A DNA stretch of 60,374 nt, counting the filler, from Blastocystis sp. subtype 4 (Eukaryota): NCBI RefSeq assembly GCF_000743755.1. It is 3 parts of 3 records of this genome, joined end to end, with 100 filler letters (N's around TTAATTAATTAA, not from the genome) between each part and the next. Parts side by side here need not be neighbours in the genome. Positions count along the whole stretch, not along the records: positions 1 to 19,722 come from NW_014569333.1; 2 more parts are not named here. The stretch is one strand, 5' to 3'. The position numbers were made by a program, and so were the translations under genes. The stretch's first letter is position 1, and every line of letters begins with the position of its first letter. Shown in pieces: positions 1 to 12,335 of this stretch. The notes under the pieces are model-generated. The model ran no database searches, was not told the DNA's origin, and saw only the letters and a program-made list of their open reading frames with translations.

Positions 1-142
1 GATCATAGAGAGGAGTATGAGCAATGTTAGCAGCAGCAGCAAATGCGCGAACAGCCTACAACACGATTAGACTCAACAAACCACCAAATAACTTCTCAAC
101 ACTTACAGGCTTTGAAGCGGACTTGACAACTCTAGAGAGCAT
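1..142 (-). CDS. AMT: Glycine cleavage system T protein (aminomethyltransferase), 5' end; runs off the window
   Basis: ATG at 142 and a GT-AG intron at 106-56 give MLSRVVKSASKP|AVRAFAAAANIAHTPLYD. This is a mitochondrial-type presequence followed by the TPLYD motif typical of the GcvT N-terminus. Only a short piece is visible. Confidence 0.7.
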
Positions 143-743
143 CGTAAAATAATGAGATTCCAATTACGTTAGGCGAACTGATCAATTGTTGAAAAAGAGA
201 ATATGAAACATAATAATTATACGATTCTCTGATTACTGTACAATTCAACTAATGCATCTCTCTTTTCTCTGGCTATTGTGTAAGTTACGTCATCTCTAGC
301 TGATAATAATTGGTGTTCGCATTATATGATCTATTTCTCACTAAAGTGACTACCATTAGCTGATAATCCAGGAACATTACTATAGAAACTATCTTAATTT
401 TGTAGTTCTTACTTTCTATTTGGAACTGTAAACTCCATTGTTCACTTTGGATACTTGAACAAAACTGAAGAATCCCAAAAGTAGCGAAAAACATCTGTTC
501 TTCCTAGTTGTATTGTCATTATCATACCTAGCAAAGTAGGTATCTGTTGATAACCTATTTAACCATGCTATTCATTCATTTCACTGATTTCTATATCAGA
601 TATTCATTACTCTCCTGTTCCATTCAATTCGTTTACTGTATTACGATAATAGTAACAAAAAATGAACAATACCGATGATACCGGTTTTTCCTTGATTCTG
701 GCGACATTCCTCAAGTCGTATTCTGCCCCAGAAATAACCACTT

Positions 744-3700
744 ATGACTAAGAAGGCACAAAGGACAGGAGATAAGTGGTATAAGTTAGCCAAACAGCAG
801 GGATATCGTGCTCGTTCGGCTTTTAAGCTTGTCCAGTTGAATCGTCAGTTCAACTTCCTTTCAAAAGCCCATGTACTGGTTGATTTGTGTGCAGCTCCTG
901 GAGGATGGTACGATGAATCTGCTTATAGTTGATTTGAAAGGTCCCAAGTGGCTGCAAAGCAAATGCCTGTAGAAAGCACTATTATTGCTGTTGATTTGAT
1001 GCCTATGAAGCCAATTCACAACGTCAAGACATTCCAGGAGGATATCACCACTCAGAAGTGTCGAAATGTGATAAAGGCAGAATTGAGAGGAAAGAGCGTA
1101 TGAATTTGTTGTGAAATGAACTCTAGGCTGATGTTGTGTTGCATGATGGTGCTCCTAATGTTGGAGGAGGTTGGGATAAGGATGCTTTCGATCAGGTTGT
1201 TGTGAAACTTATTAGTGATTGATAGAACTCTCTAGTTCTTCATTCTCTTCGTTTGGCTGTTGAATTCTTGGCTAAAGGTGGTGTTTTTGTGACGAAAGTG
1301 TTCCGTTCTGCAGACTATCATGCTCTGATTTACATATTCAACCAGTTGTTTGAGAAGGTCCAAGCAACAAAACCAGCTGCTTCTCGTAATGAATCGGCTG
1401 AGATCTTTGTTGTGTGTCTTGTAGGAATGAAGAGCAATGATTATGAAGTAGAATTACAAGGCTCCTTCGTATATCGATCCGAAACTCCTCAATCCAGATT
1501 ATGCCTTCAAGCAAGTGAATAAAGAAACGACAGAGGTGAATTTGTTCAATCAGAAGACTGCTCGCAAGCGCTGGCGAGATGTGAAACTACTAACAGGAGA
1601 TAATCTTTAGGGATATGACGAGGATCTTGGTTTCTCCTTGCGTCGTGTAATCAGTGTGAAGGATTTCATGATTCGAAGTGACCCGATCCGAGTCCTTACC
1701 GAAGCTCATGAGGTGTTGATGATAAGACTGAGTGATAACTAGTTATCCTTTGATGAAGCCAGTCAACGATTCTTGGAGAATCCACTAACTACGGAAGAAG
1801 TGAAGACATGTTGTGGCGATCTCCGTGTGTTGAATAAGGGTGACTTCAAAATGTTACTGAAATGGCGTTTGGATATGTTGAAGGCAGAGAAAGAGTATAT
1901 AAAGGAACTGAAGCATGAGGATGATGAGGGAGAAGCCAAGGAGAAGACAGAGAAGGAGGAAGTGTCCAAAGATGTCTCAGCGGAACTTCAAGAAGTCCGA
2001 GAGCGATTGGCTGTAGAGATGAGATGAGACTTTGATATCTAGTTGGAGAAGCGTCGTGAGGAGAGGAAAGCCCGAAAACGAGAGGCAAAGGAGAGAAAGC
2101 GTCGTTTGCTGGGATTGGATCGTACTCCGATTGCTAACTTTGGTGAGCAAGTGTTTTCAACAGCAGATTTGAATCTGAAGGAGGTGAGAATGAGAATGAA
2201 GTATGATTGATAGAATGAAGATTTGGCTGAAGTGAATCTGAACGAGACAGAGGATCCAACAATGTATTTGGAGTCAGAAGAAGGTAAGGAAGTGGATGTG
2301 AGAATGAATGATAGAAGTTCCTGAGGAGATGGATAGTGATATTGATGAGTTGGAGTTACTACAATCTCAATTGGATCAGTTGTATGATCAGTACAAGGAG
2401 AGACGAACTGCTAATGAGAAGAAGTATTTACAGGAATTGGAGAAGCGAAAAGGATTGCCTGCTCAGAAGTTACGTGAACAAGTAAGGAATGGAAGAGTGA
2501 GTGAAAGATAGAATAAGTTGAATGAATTGGTTGAAAAGGAGACAGAAGTGAGCAAAGAAGCGATTCTACAGAGAATGAAGGAAGAAGAGGAGGAGTTGGA
2601 GGATGAGAATGAGAGTGAAGAGGATGAGAGTGATGAGAGTGAAGAGAGTGAGAATGATAGCGAAGATAGCAGTAACGAAAACACAGTTCCTTCAGAGTTA
2701 CGTCGTCAACGATGGTTCAGTGATCCTATGTTTGCTGATCTCTCTCAGAGTGAGGAATCAGAGTCAGATGATGAGGCAGCTATTGCAGGAATGAAGCAAC
2801 GTAAGTCCCAGAAACGGGAATTGCCTCTGGAAGAACGATTAAAGGCCTATAGTACAATCTATCCACACTACTAACCATCTAGATGAAGAAGAAGATGAAG
2901 CATTATTGGATGAGGATAAATCAGAGAAGAGTTCGTATGGTATGATAGCAGATGGTGAATATGTTCCTCCAATAATTGATATCCCCAAGACAGACAAGGA
3001 GAAACGTCATGAGAAGCGTTTGAAACAGATGAAGAAGGAGGAAAGGAAGAAGGCTCGTGATAAGAAGGAAGATTTGCAGATAGTGGCAACTGACTTCCCT
3101 CAAGCTGTTAATCATCTTTCTGAAGAAGAACTTGCTCGTCAAGCTCTGATCAAAGCTGGTCTAGGAACCATGACTAATGATGATGAATATGGTGATTTGG
3201 AGGTAGTGAAACCAGATAAGGAACCAAAGATTGGCTCAGATGAGCATCTGGAACAGTTGTCTCTAGGCTTTTTACTAAGCAAACACAGTACAGCAAATGA
3301 TCTGATTGAGTCCAGCTACAATCGATACACTTACAATGACCCTGATAATCTCCCTGACTGGTTTGTGGAGAATGAGAAGAAATACAATCGACCTGTACTT
3401 CCTATGACAAAGGAGATAATGGATCGACTGCGTAAGCAGTTCAATAATGATGATCGTACAATCAAAAAGGAACGGGAAGCTATGGCTCGAAAGAAACGTC
3501 GTGTGGAACGATTACGAAAGCAACAGAAGGCGAAGATTGATAGTATCAACAATGACGAAGATATGCCTGATAGTGCTAAGCTGCGTGCGATCCAAAAGAT
3601 CATGAAAGGAAAGGACTTGAAACATCCAGGAAAGGTATATGTGGTTGGGAAGAAGGGCGAGAATCGAAGAAGAGGTCGTAATGTAAAGATGGTTGATAAG

Positions 3701-3814
3701 AGATTGAAGGTGAGAATGGATATGGAATGTGATGAATAGAAGGATAAACGAGCGGAAAAGAGAATCGCCTTGCGTGCTTCGGGAAAGTTGCGAAGGAGAA
3801 AAGGAAGGAAATAG
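744..3814 (+). CDS. SPB1: Pre-rRNA 2'-O-methyltransferase Spb1/FTSJ3 (multi-exon)
   Basis: [68 protein letters not shown], and C-terminal [23 protein letters not shown]. Introns e.g. 908-940, 1098-1126, 3710-3739. TAG at 3812-3814. Confidence 0.96.
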
Positions 3815-3984
3815 TGTCATTTATGTGGATGTTTGATGGACAACAAATCCATGAACAGAGAGAATAGTATTGAGTGAAACACAGTTATCAGAAAAAACGT
3901 GAGTACTTTTGGAAACTGTAATAGTCTTCGTAGACTCTATTTCATTTGTCAAAACAAAAACGTTTCTGTTACTTTACTAGCGAG

Positions 3985-5929
3985 ATGAAAACAGCATATC
4001 GTATTCTAGCCTTGGTTGGGGTTATAGCAATATGGTTGGTGTATTCTTCGTTTTTCCTGTATTCTCCCTATCGATTTGATTGTCTTGTATGAGCGATGGA
4101 TGGTATTGAGGTTTAGATGAGGATTCCTAAACTCTTTACGGATACGATGAATTGGAACATTGATAATATCAAGGGATTGTTCAATAACCTCTCAGCCAAT
4201 ACTTTAATCAATCCCACCGCCAATTTCTCCTATTCTGTGTATCTTGTGTCTTTTGTGATATTTCTTCTATACTTGTACCGCTGGATCGAAAGTACGTTGA
4301 AGGAGAATGAAAAGAAGCCTCATCCTCTGTATATCCATGGAAAACAGATTAGCGAGTCCGTTACCTGTAATCCAGAAGAAGAGGAGTTCGAAACAATTGA
4401 TAAATCTATTCGAACTATTACTGACATTCGCAAGTAGGTGTTCTAGTGGATTTTGAGAACCAGTCGTTTTTCTTCATTTGGAGATAGGGAGGCTGTATAT
4501 TACGGTGGCGATTGGAAGAGTTACAATTATGTATGTTCTAATGCTCGGATTTGATGTAGATTCTTCAGCTCTCAGAGATTATGGGCAATATTGTTAAAAG
4601 ATACTCTAAAACAGATGCACCATTGTGTGTGATGGGTGATTTTAGTAGTATAAAGTGCAGTGGTATGTTGCCATAATTGTTCTTCATTGTAGCGATATTA
4701 GGTGTTACAAGTGCAGGCCGTTCCGTTGTATTTGTTCCTTCTGACTGTGACAGTGCTGAGATGGCAAGTGTGATTGAGGAACAACATTGTGAAGTCTTAT
4801 TGGTGAAACGTTCTCGGTTATGTCAGTTGGAGGATATTCTGGATACGAGTTATTGTCGTTATCTTCGTGTAATTCTCTATACAGAGTGTGACTATTTGGA
4901 GAAAATCGAGATGGGTGATATCTTGCGAGTGGAAGAAACTTTGATTCAAGAGTACAATATGACGATTATATCTCTTGGACACGTTATGGAGACAGAATAT
5001 AAGGATCATGGTATGAGATTGATGATCTGGTGAAGTGTAGTTGTAACAGCAAAATTGGACGTTCCAGAGGGATTGGAAGATCGTCCTGCCGTTATTGTGT
5101 ACAATAGCAACAAGGAGGCAATTACCCTAACACATCGAAATATCGTGGCTGCTGCTTCTGCTCTGGCTCGTGAATACAAATTCACGTAGAATAGGAATGA
5201 GTATTTGATGGTAGAGAGAATGATATCATTCTTGCTGAGCCTGTTTCTGTAGCATCGACAGTTAGTCTCTTCATGGCCTCATTGATGTGTGGGGCACGAT
5301 TCTCCATTACTGATAAGATCATGAGTATGATTGGATTGGGATTGTTAATCAAAGCTATTTGTGGTGAAGTTCAGCCTACTGTAATATCTGCGAGTAATAC
5401 AACGTACTTCAGCATCTACAAGGAATTGGTGCGCGTTTACAAGAAACATGTATTCAATCGTGTTCTCCTTGCACCTCTGCGACACTTATTTAGGAACACT
5501 CAGTACTTCCGTATGGTACGCCAGAAACGTGTTGCGCAGTTGCTTGGGGATAATGTTCGTTTGTGTCTTTCGTTCTATTCGTATCGTCCTTTGAGCAGTG
5601 CTGGTCACTCGCTGCTCTCTAAAATGACTGGAGTTCCTGTGAGTATTATTTTTGGCAACACGGAGACATGCGGTATCTGTACGCACAATGTGGAAGGGAA
5701 GTATACAATCGGTGTTACCTACATGGCGGTTCCGTTTATGTGCAATTCGTTGAGAAAATCAGAGAGAAATACGTTATTGATTTCTGGAAGCAACATTGCT
5801 GAGAATAGCCGAATGGTTGAATTGGATGGAATTCGTTGGTTCGATAGTGGTCTTTCCATTCCCTTCATGAAGAACCACTACATTCTCCATAAGATGCCAA
5901 CCACTTACGACAGTACAATGCCAATTTAG
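3985..5929 (+). CDS. Membrane-anchored, degenerate AMP-binding (acyl-CoA synthetase-like) protein
   Basis: Hydrophobic N-terminal segments, ITLTHRNIVAA, LLGDNVRL, IFGNTETCG, LLISGSNI and RWFDSG resemble the ANL fold. The P-loop signature is missing. Confidence 0.6.
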
Positions 5930-5968
5930 AGTGTATTTGTTAGTAAACAAGAGATATGGTACATTGGA

Positions 5969-6355
5969 TTACTTCAGCTTCTTCTTGGGACGGAGCTGAC
6001 TGCTGTGTCCACACTTCTTCTTACGGCAGTTATGAGCACGAGGAGGAAGACGAGCGTAACACTTTCGGCAAATCATCTTCTCACAGTTATATTTCTTAGC
6101 CAGAGCAGCAAGAGTAGGCTCAATGACTCCTCCAGCCATCTTGAACAGCATTTCAACTGTAGTTTCAGAGCTAATGCCATAAACACCAATAGCATCTGAA
6201 TCATCCAGCTCCTTTCCAGCAAATACGAGACGCTGATGATCCACATCAACGTTCTCTCTTTCCTGCAGCATCTTCTTCACAGACTCTACAGTCTCTGTCG
6301 GTTGGACCTCCAGAGAAAGAGTTCTTCCAGATACAGTCTTTACAAGAAGTTGCAT
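5969..6355 (-). CDS. UBA52: Ubiquitin-like / ribosomal protein eL40 fusion (intronless)
   Basis: 76-aa Ubl ending in GG, fused to [52 protein letters not shown] (eL40). ATG at 6355. Confidence 0.95.
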   Translation of the reverse strand: MQLLVKTVSGRTLSLEVQPTETVESVKKMLQERENVDVDHQRLVFAGKELDDSDAIGVYGISSETTVEMLFKMAGGVIEPTLAALAKKYNCEKMICRKCYARLPPRAHNCRKKKCGHSSQLRPKKKLK

Positions 6356-6519
6356 CGTTGAAAGAAAATGTGACAATAATGATGAGAGGACAAGAAGCGG
6401 TCCTTATTCCATTGATTGGTTAATTGGCATTAACTGTCTTCTAATTGAATCTCCAATGAATCTCCCGATAGGGAATCTTTTGAAACACTGTTTTACAAAA
6501 TGTATTCAAGAAACATGAA

Positions 6520-7521
6520 TTATTCCATAATATCTTCGAAGCTATCATCAACATGCCCAATTGACATGCCTTCTGTCGCCCATTTTTCCTCCTCCTCCGG
6601 TTTTTCTATTTTGAAGTTATCGTACATAATATTCAACACCGTATCAACATTTACGGTTGTTTGTCCCGCCTCTTTTGCTTCCTACAGATCACCTCTTCCT
6701 CCAATCGTTACCAATAGATGGTCTTCGACCATTCTCATCGTATGGTACATGCTTGTTCCCTCCTTGCCCAAAGACTCGATTAACCGATCACGTTCCCTTA
6801 GGTCGTGCTCCAGTACCTTTATACGCTCCTGAAGACCTTTGAGTTCGCGCAATGCATCCAAACTAGATTGAGTGGTTCCTGTTCTTCGAGGAACCGTCGA
6901 TAGAGGAAGAATCTTTCGAGATTGTGACGAATGAGTGTCAATTGAATTCCTCGAGTTCACTACCTTCTCATTGCTCATCACTTCGAGATCATGGGATGTG
7001 ACATTCCATTCTACACAATAACAAAGTGATAACATAGAATACCTCGACCTCCTTTGGAACGATCCCGACTCGCAATAGGATCATACTTGTGACCATCATA
7101 GACACGATCAAAAAGATCTCTCATAAATTGAATGAGTTCTAGATTATCCTGTGGACGACCTTTGCTGAGTTTGTCAATATCAAGATTCTATTCTTCAAAA
7201 CCAATTACAAAGGATACAAATGGAATGGACTTCTTTGAAAAGGCACTTTGAAGAAGACGATAATTCCTTTGACACTCAAACTGGTCACAAGCAGCAAAAT
7301 TGATTCGTGACATTGAAATGGAATCTATTTAATCAATAACACTCAATTTAAATACCTGGATACAACATATGCATGATTTGACAATAAATTGCTCCTTAAA
7401 GTGAAGGTACAAATACATAGATACCGTTATAGATACGATCCAATGACTGGATGTTAACACACAGAATCTCGTTAATCCACTTCAAAAGCTCACTTCGAGA
7501 GATTTTGGCAGTAGTATTCAT
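6520..7521 (-). CDS. EB1: EB1/MAPRE microtubule plus-end binding protein (multi-exon)
   Basis: Spliced: MNTTAKISRSELLKWINEILCVNIQSLDRIYNG|AIYCQIMHMLYP|DSISMSRINF...NYRLLQSAF...|NLDIDKLSKGRPQDNLELIQF..YDPIASR (CH domain), then a coiled coil and EBH-like VLNIMY. TAA at 6522-6520. Confidence 0.9.
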
Positions 7522-7647
7522 CTTCTGTGACCGTCAAATCCCTATTGGACTTGTATTTAGCGTAATAACAGCGGATACTGTATATTGGAATTGCTATTTT
7601 CCTTTCGTTTTCTTCATCTATTCTTGTTTGCTTATTCTATCGATATT

Positions 7648-8463
7648 ATGAGTGACCAACAGTTGGAAGAGCTTACTAAGAGGATAGAGGCCCTTGAGAA
7701 GCGTTTGAAGAAGGTGGAAATGAAATATGTTTGTTCTTGGTGAAACTGTTATGTTTAGAAAGATGATCCTGCAAATGATACTTCTACACAAGCACTTGTT
7801 AGAAAAGCGTGTATTGATAGTGGCATGAAGCAGTGTGTATTCGGTAGTCATTTGATACGTAGTTTCTTCTTCCGACGTACTCCAATGGATTATTATAGTT
7901 GGACTCTGGATGAACGACGGTATGGATTTAACTAGTTGATGAGCCACTAGGAAGTATCTAAAATGCCCAATTCAATGCCTGTGCAAATCTGTTATTTTGG
8001 AGAATAAGGCTTGGAATGGAGAAGAAGGGAATCCGATGAATAGCCAGTAGGAATCATTGGTTCATTGTTACTATTCAGATACTATCTAGTCATTGTACAG
8101 TATGTTTCCAAACTGGATACGGAGAAATTGAGAGGTTTGGTACGTGATTTGATGCCTCCCGAGAAACAACTCTCCAAGAAGAAGTTCAATTTCCAGCTTG
8201 CTGATGAGAAGGTGTCTTTTGAATTGTCTGGTTTCTCACATAATGCTGTGACACCAATTGGCATGCGTTGTCCTGTTCCTGTATGATTGTTGTAGTATGG
8301 TGATCATAGATTATTATCAGCAAAGTGATTGCAGAGTTGCCCGAAGGAGGAGTATATCTTGGAGGAGGTGAAGTTGATTTGAAACTGTGGGTCAATGTTT
8401 CAGAGTTTATTGAAACTTATAAACCTTTTGTTCTCGATTGTACGAGTCCAAGAGATCTGGAGT
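7648..8463 (+). CDS. YbaK/aminoacyl-tRNA editing domain protein; stop predicted to be completed by poly(A)
   Basis: LCKSVILEN, YYLVIVQYVSKL, FNFQLA, LSGFSHNAVTPIGM, YLGGGEVDLKL. In-frame T at 8463 lies 5 nt before TGTTTGTA. Confidence 0.85.
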
Positions 8464-8467
8464 GTCA

Positions 8468-8481
8468 TGTTTGTACAAACA
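8468..8481. terminator. Palindromic bidirectional 3'-end/polyadenylation element TGTTTGTACAAACA
   Basis: Perfect 14-bp palindrome reading TGTTTGTA on both strands, between the convergent YbaK and ORC3 genes. Confidence 0.85.
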
Positions 8482-8485
8482 GTTG

Positions 8486-10872
8486 ATAGTGCAAAATCGA
8501 GCTTGGTGACTCTTTCATCATTATCACTTAGCATTAAAAACCCAATATACTGGAGAGTAGTAAGACTATCCCAGAATCGAGCTTCAATCTCTTGTTTGTC
8601 TCCAGAATTGAAAATGGAATAAAATTCATTCTTTAAATCATCTACTTGAATCATTTTCCCCATATTCTTGAATATATCATACAGAATTGTAATATCTTCA
8701 CTCTTAGCTGTGATTGTTCTAATGATAACATCGGTTTCATTCATACTCTTCTTTACAGCAATCGCATGGATAGTAGGACTGTGGAAACTGAATAGCTTGA
8801 AGGATACTTCGCCGATTGGTAAGATGCAAAGTATGTCGTGGAATAGATTTAGAATCGATCAAAAAAGATTCAAACTTCGAGTCAGCTATTAGCTGGTTGA
8901 TTTGATTCACCATTTTCTCCACCATCAATAGGAATTTCTCTTTTGTTTTGGCTCGAACGCTGCTATTCTCATCCTGTTGTTGCAACAGCTGTTTCTTCAT
9001 CGCTGTTCGGTCCATTCCCTTCTTGATAACCTCTTCGGTTAATACTTGTTTCCCGCGATTCTTTTCTGCTTCCTCCAATTCATGTGAAATCTGGTGAATT
9101 AATCGTTTGAAGTCATCCACACTATCTCCAAATACTTGCTGATATGTCTATCAATCATCCATTCCTTGAGTTCCCACCATCACCAATTCGTCCAAATCAG
9201 TAACATCCTTTCGGAATCTTTCACTGTCTTGAATCTGAAATAGATTCTTCCGTAATCGCTTGTGCACATCAGATGTAGTCATAGTTCCACTCCACAGTAA
9301 CAAATACAATTCACGTGTAGACAGAGATCCTACATAAGCACGAATGAGAGAAGAATAGAAATTGACTGTGACTCGCTGTAATTCCCACAATTGGATGAAC
9401 TGCCTCAAATGCAACTCAAATTCATCTTTGGAGGTGAATTGTTCAATAAATGGACCAATCAAACACATAACATCCTGTTGAAGGATGATCGATTTGTAAT
9501 CAGCAAGGTGGGATTGTTTTGAAGAAAGTCTATTTATGATTTCAAAACAATAGAATAAACGGCTTGGAGCGAATTCGATGCAGATTAGTTCGCAAATCAT
9601 ATCGATTCTCGACAGGTTGCAAACGGATCTTCTTTCGTGTCTGTTTTGTCTATATGAAAGTTAACACGAATAATTACTCGTTTACCCTTCCCTGCTGTAG
9701 GGACCATCTCAAGAACGGTCTGATTCTGTGGTTGTTCTATGCCATCAGACTGAGACTCTGGAACAATCGATTGAGGTTCCGAAGGAGTTGATTGAGACTC
9801 AACAGGACTCGGATTAGTCTTATTGTTCTTATCATGTTTCCACTGGAGAATCAATGTACACAAAATACTGGAAGATTGTGAAGAGAAGAAGACCCACGTA
9901 TAATACTTCAGGCTACGGACCCACGACCATATCTATATCATAGAAACATTCAATAGATACAGAGTATTCATAGTTAATAAGAGTGGAATTGATTCGTGTG
10001 AGGAAGGAAATGGGAATATCAAAAGGAAGCAGATGATCAACGATGATACTTTCAAACAGATTATTTAGCAACTATAGAAACAATCAACTATAAATTGTAC
10101 TTGAATTGTACTTGGAAACAAGACAGGTTGAATCACACAATTAGCCGTGATACTTCGTTGAAGGAGAATCCCAAACTCTTCAGGAAAACAATACCATTCA
10201 ATGATCAGAATTATATGAATCTGATTATTCATCTATGAGTGAATCCCCTCTCTTGTTTCGACCCGACACTGAAGGCAATATTCCACAATGTCCTTGATAT
10301 TGCCTTGTTTCCGAAATTCGGATTGTGATAAATAGACAACTACTGAAGATCCATCGATGGTCTCTTGTAAAATACGCAATCCTGATAGCTCGTCAACTTC
10401 AAGAAACTGATATCCAATCTCGTCCTTGATGAAAGGCTCCAGTTGAAAGAGATCCCTTTTCGTATGTTTGTACGAAGATGCATCAAGCAGTGCCAAACAA
10501 ATTGGTAGCACATGACTATTGCAGTAGTTCCTATGAAATGAGATACTACGCATTCAGCCTCTACATCGACACAGAACGAAGATATTGTTTAATAAGCGAT
10601 GTAGAGTGATTTGTAGTATGCGAGACAGCATCGTTAACCGTAGAATCAATCAATTCCAGACAGTATTGAAACAGGTTACAGCGAAGACGATACTCTGATG
10701 TTGATTTTTCATCTTCCGATGCATCTAAAAGATACCCTTTACTCGAATGACCGCAATGAATCTCATTTGTCACTTGAAATCGATCTGGATAGGAATAACC
10801 AGTATCTTTCGACTGATCACCTGTGACCCAAAAGCAGGATGAACTCACAGTACTGGCTTCCTTCGTACTCAT
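8486..10872 (-). CDS. ORC3: Origin recognition complex subunit 3 (multi-exon); stop predicted to be completed by poly(A)
   Basis: N-terminal RLRCNLFQYCLELI; C-terminal winged helix DITILY..GKMIQVDD..IEARFWDSLTTLQYIGFL..RVTKL, like ORC3 DICIAY..IHARFIRAVSELELLGFI..HVARL. All introns checked are GT-AG. Confidence 0.8.
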
Positions 10873-10963
10873 TGAAATATTGACAATGCCCAGAATTCGG
10901 CGGTTGCCCAGAATTGCTCATTTCCTTTGATTCCATTTAATATCTATTACCCATTACTGATAT

Positions 10964-12135
10964 ATGCCATCGATTCGGTTGCTTGATAGTTTTCGTGCAC
11001 ATGAAGGAGTTGTATGGTACGTCTCATGGAGTGCCGATGGAAATGAGCTGCTGACATGCAGTTCAGATAGATCTGTAAAGCTTTGGTCAAAAATGGGAGA
11101 TTCTTGGGCTGTGAAGGAAACCATGGATGGACTGCATAAAAAGTCAATTCGAGCTTGTGAAATGTCTCCAAATGGAAAGTTTGGATTCTGAAAAAGACTA
11201 AAGTGTAGATTCATCGCAGCAGCTAGTTTTGACAGTAATATCAGTATTTATCGTTGTGAAGATGGAGAATGGAGTCTGTTTACAATGCTTGAGGGACATG
11301 TGAACGAAGTGAAGAGTATATGCTGGAGCAGTGATAGTCAGCTATTGGCAAGTTCATCAAGGTAGTGGTTTATGAGGCGATCAAACATAGAGATCGCAAT
11401 GTAATTGTATGGGGATACAACGAAGAGGACGATGAAATGGATTGTGTAAGTGTACTCTCTGGACATACTCAGGACGTAAAATTCGTTCGATTCAATCCTA
11501 CAAACAATAATCTCTACAGCTGTAGCTATGATGATACAGTGAAAGTATGGTTGTATGCTGGAGAAGATTTTTCAAATATTAATACGCTCCGTGCTCATGA
11601 AGGAACTGTCTGGGGAATTGCCTTCAAACCTACACAACAAACCTTAACTACAAAGAATATGGATGTGGAAGAGAACGAAGAGAAACACGTTGGCGGAATA
11701 GGATTAGATGACGAAGATGTCTTGGACGACATCGAAGTTCCTACGGATACGCTATTGTCAACAGAATTTGTGACTTGCGGAATGGATGGCCGTGTCATTT
11801 ATTGGGAAGAAAAGGAGGGTTTGAGTGGATAGTATACATTACTTCTAGATAACATCGGAAACAGCGAAGAAACACACAAAATCATTCTCTCTGATTGCAA
11901 CAATGATGAACCCTTTTATTCAATTGACTGGAATGAGAAGGGAATCATTGTGGCTGGAGGAAACAATACAATGCATCTCCTAACGGAGCTCGATAAAGGT
12001 AACTTTATGGATGAACTAGAGTTGAAACTCCATGATTCTGATATCAATTGCATTCGTTGGAATCCTGTGTTCCATACCCAATTTGCTTCCTGTGGAGATG
12101 ATGGTCTAGTGAAGGTGTGGGAACTAGTTGAATAA
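10964..12135 (+). CDS. CIAO1: Cytosolic Fe-S assembly WD40 protein CIA1
   Basis: AHEGVVWYVSWS, LHKKSIRACEMSPNG, LEGHVNEVKSICWS, LSGHTQDVKFVRF, SCSYDDTVKVW, ASCGDDGLVKVW. Confidence 0.93.
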
Positions 12136-12335
12136 CGACTATCGATTTGTTTGAAATACACTCTTGCTTTTGGAAGCTTCTAATCATGACACTCCTTTTT
12201 AAAGTTACTACTCGATTATAAAGCTAGTGCGTTGAAATGGGTCTATGAGCCGAATTAGGGTACCGAAAACCGTAATATAGAAAAAACAACAAATACAACT
12301 TCTGGGAACGTACTGATTTGATAGTTCGAGTGTAA

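Noticed and set aside
200..710. Possible small minus-strand gene between AMT and SPB1 (ORF 285-494)
   Set aside because: Intron-like segments exist but I could not build a consistent spliced frame or recognise a family.
6520..6540. EB1 lacking the EEY/F tail (ends DIME)
   Set aside because: The tail is variable outside animals and fungi; not distinctive.
7188..7217. EB1 intron with a GTATCCTTT donor as a U12 intron
   Set aside because: It is 30 nt long (major class) and has no TCCTTAAC-like branch site. It may be a converted intron, but this is unsupported.
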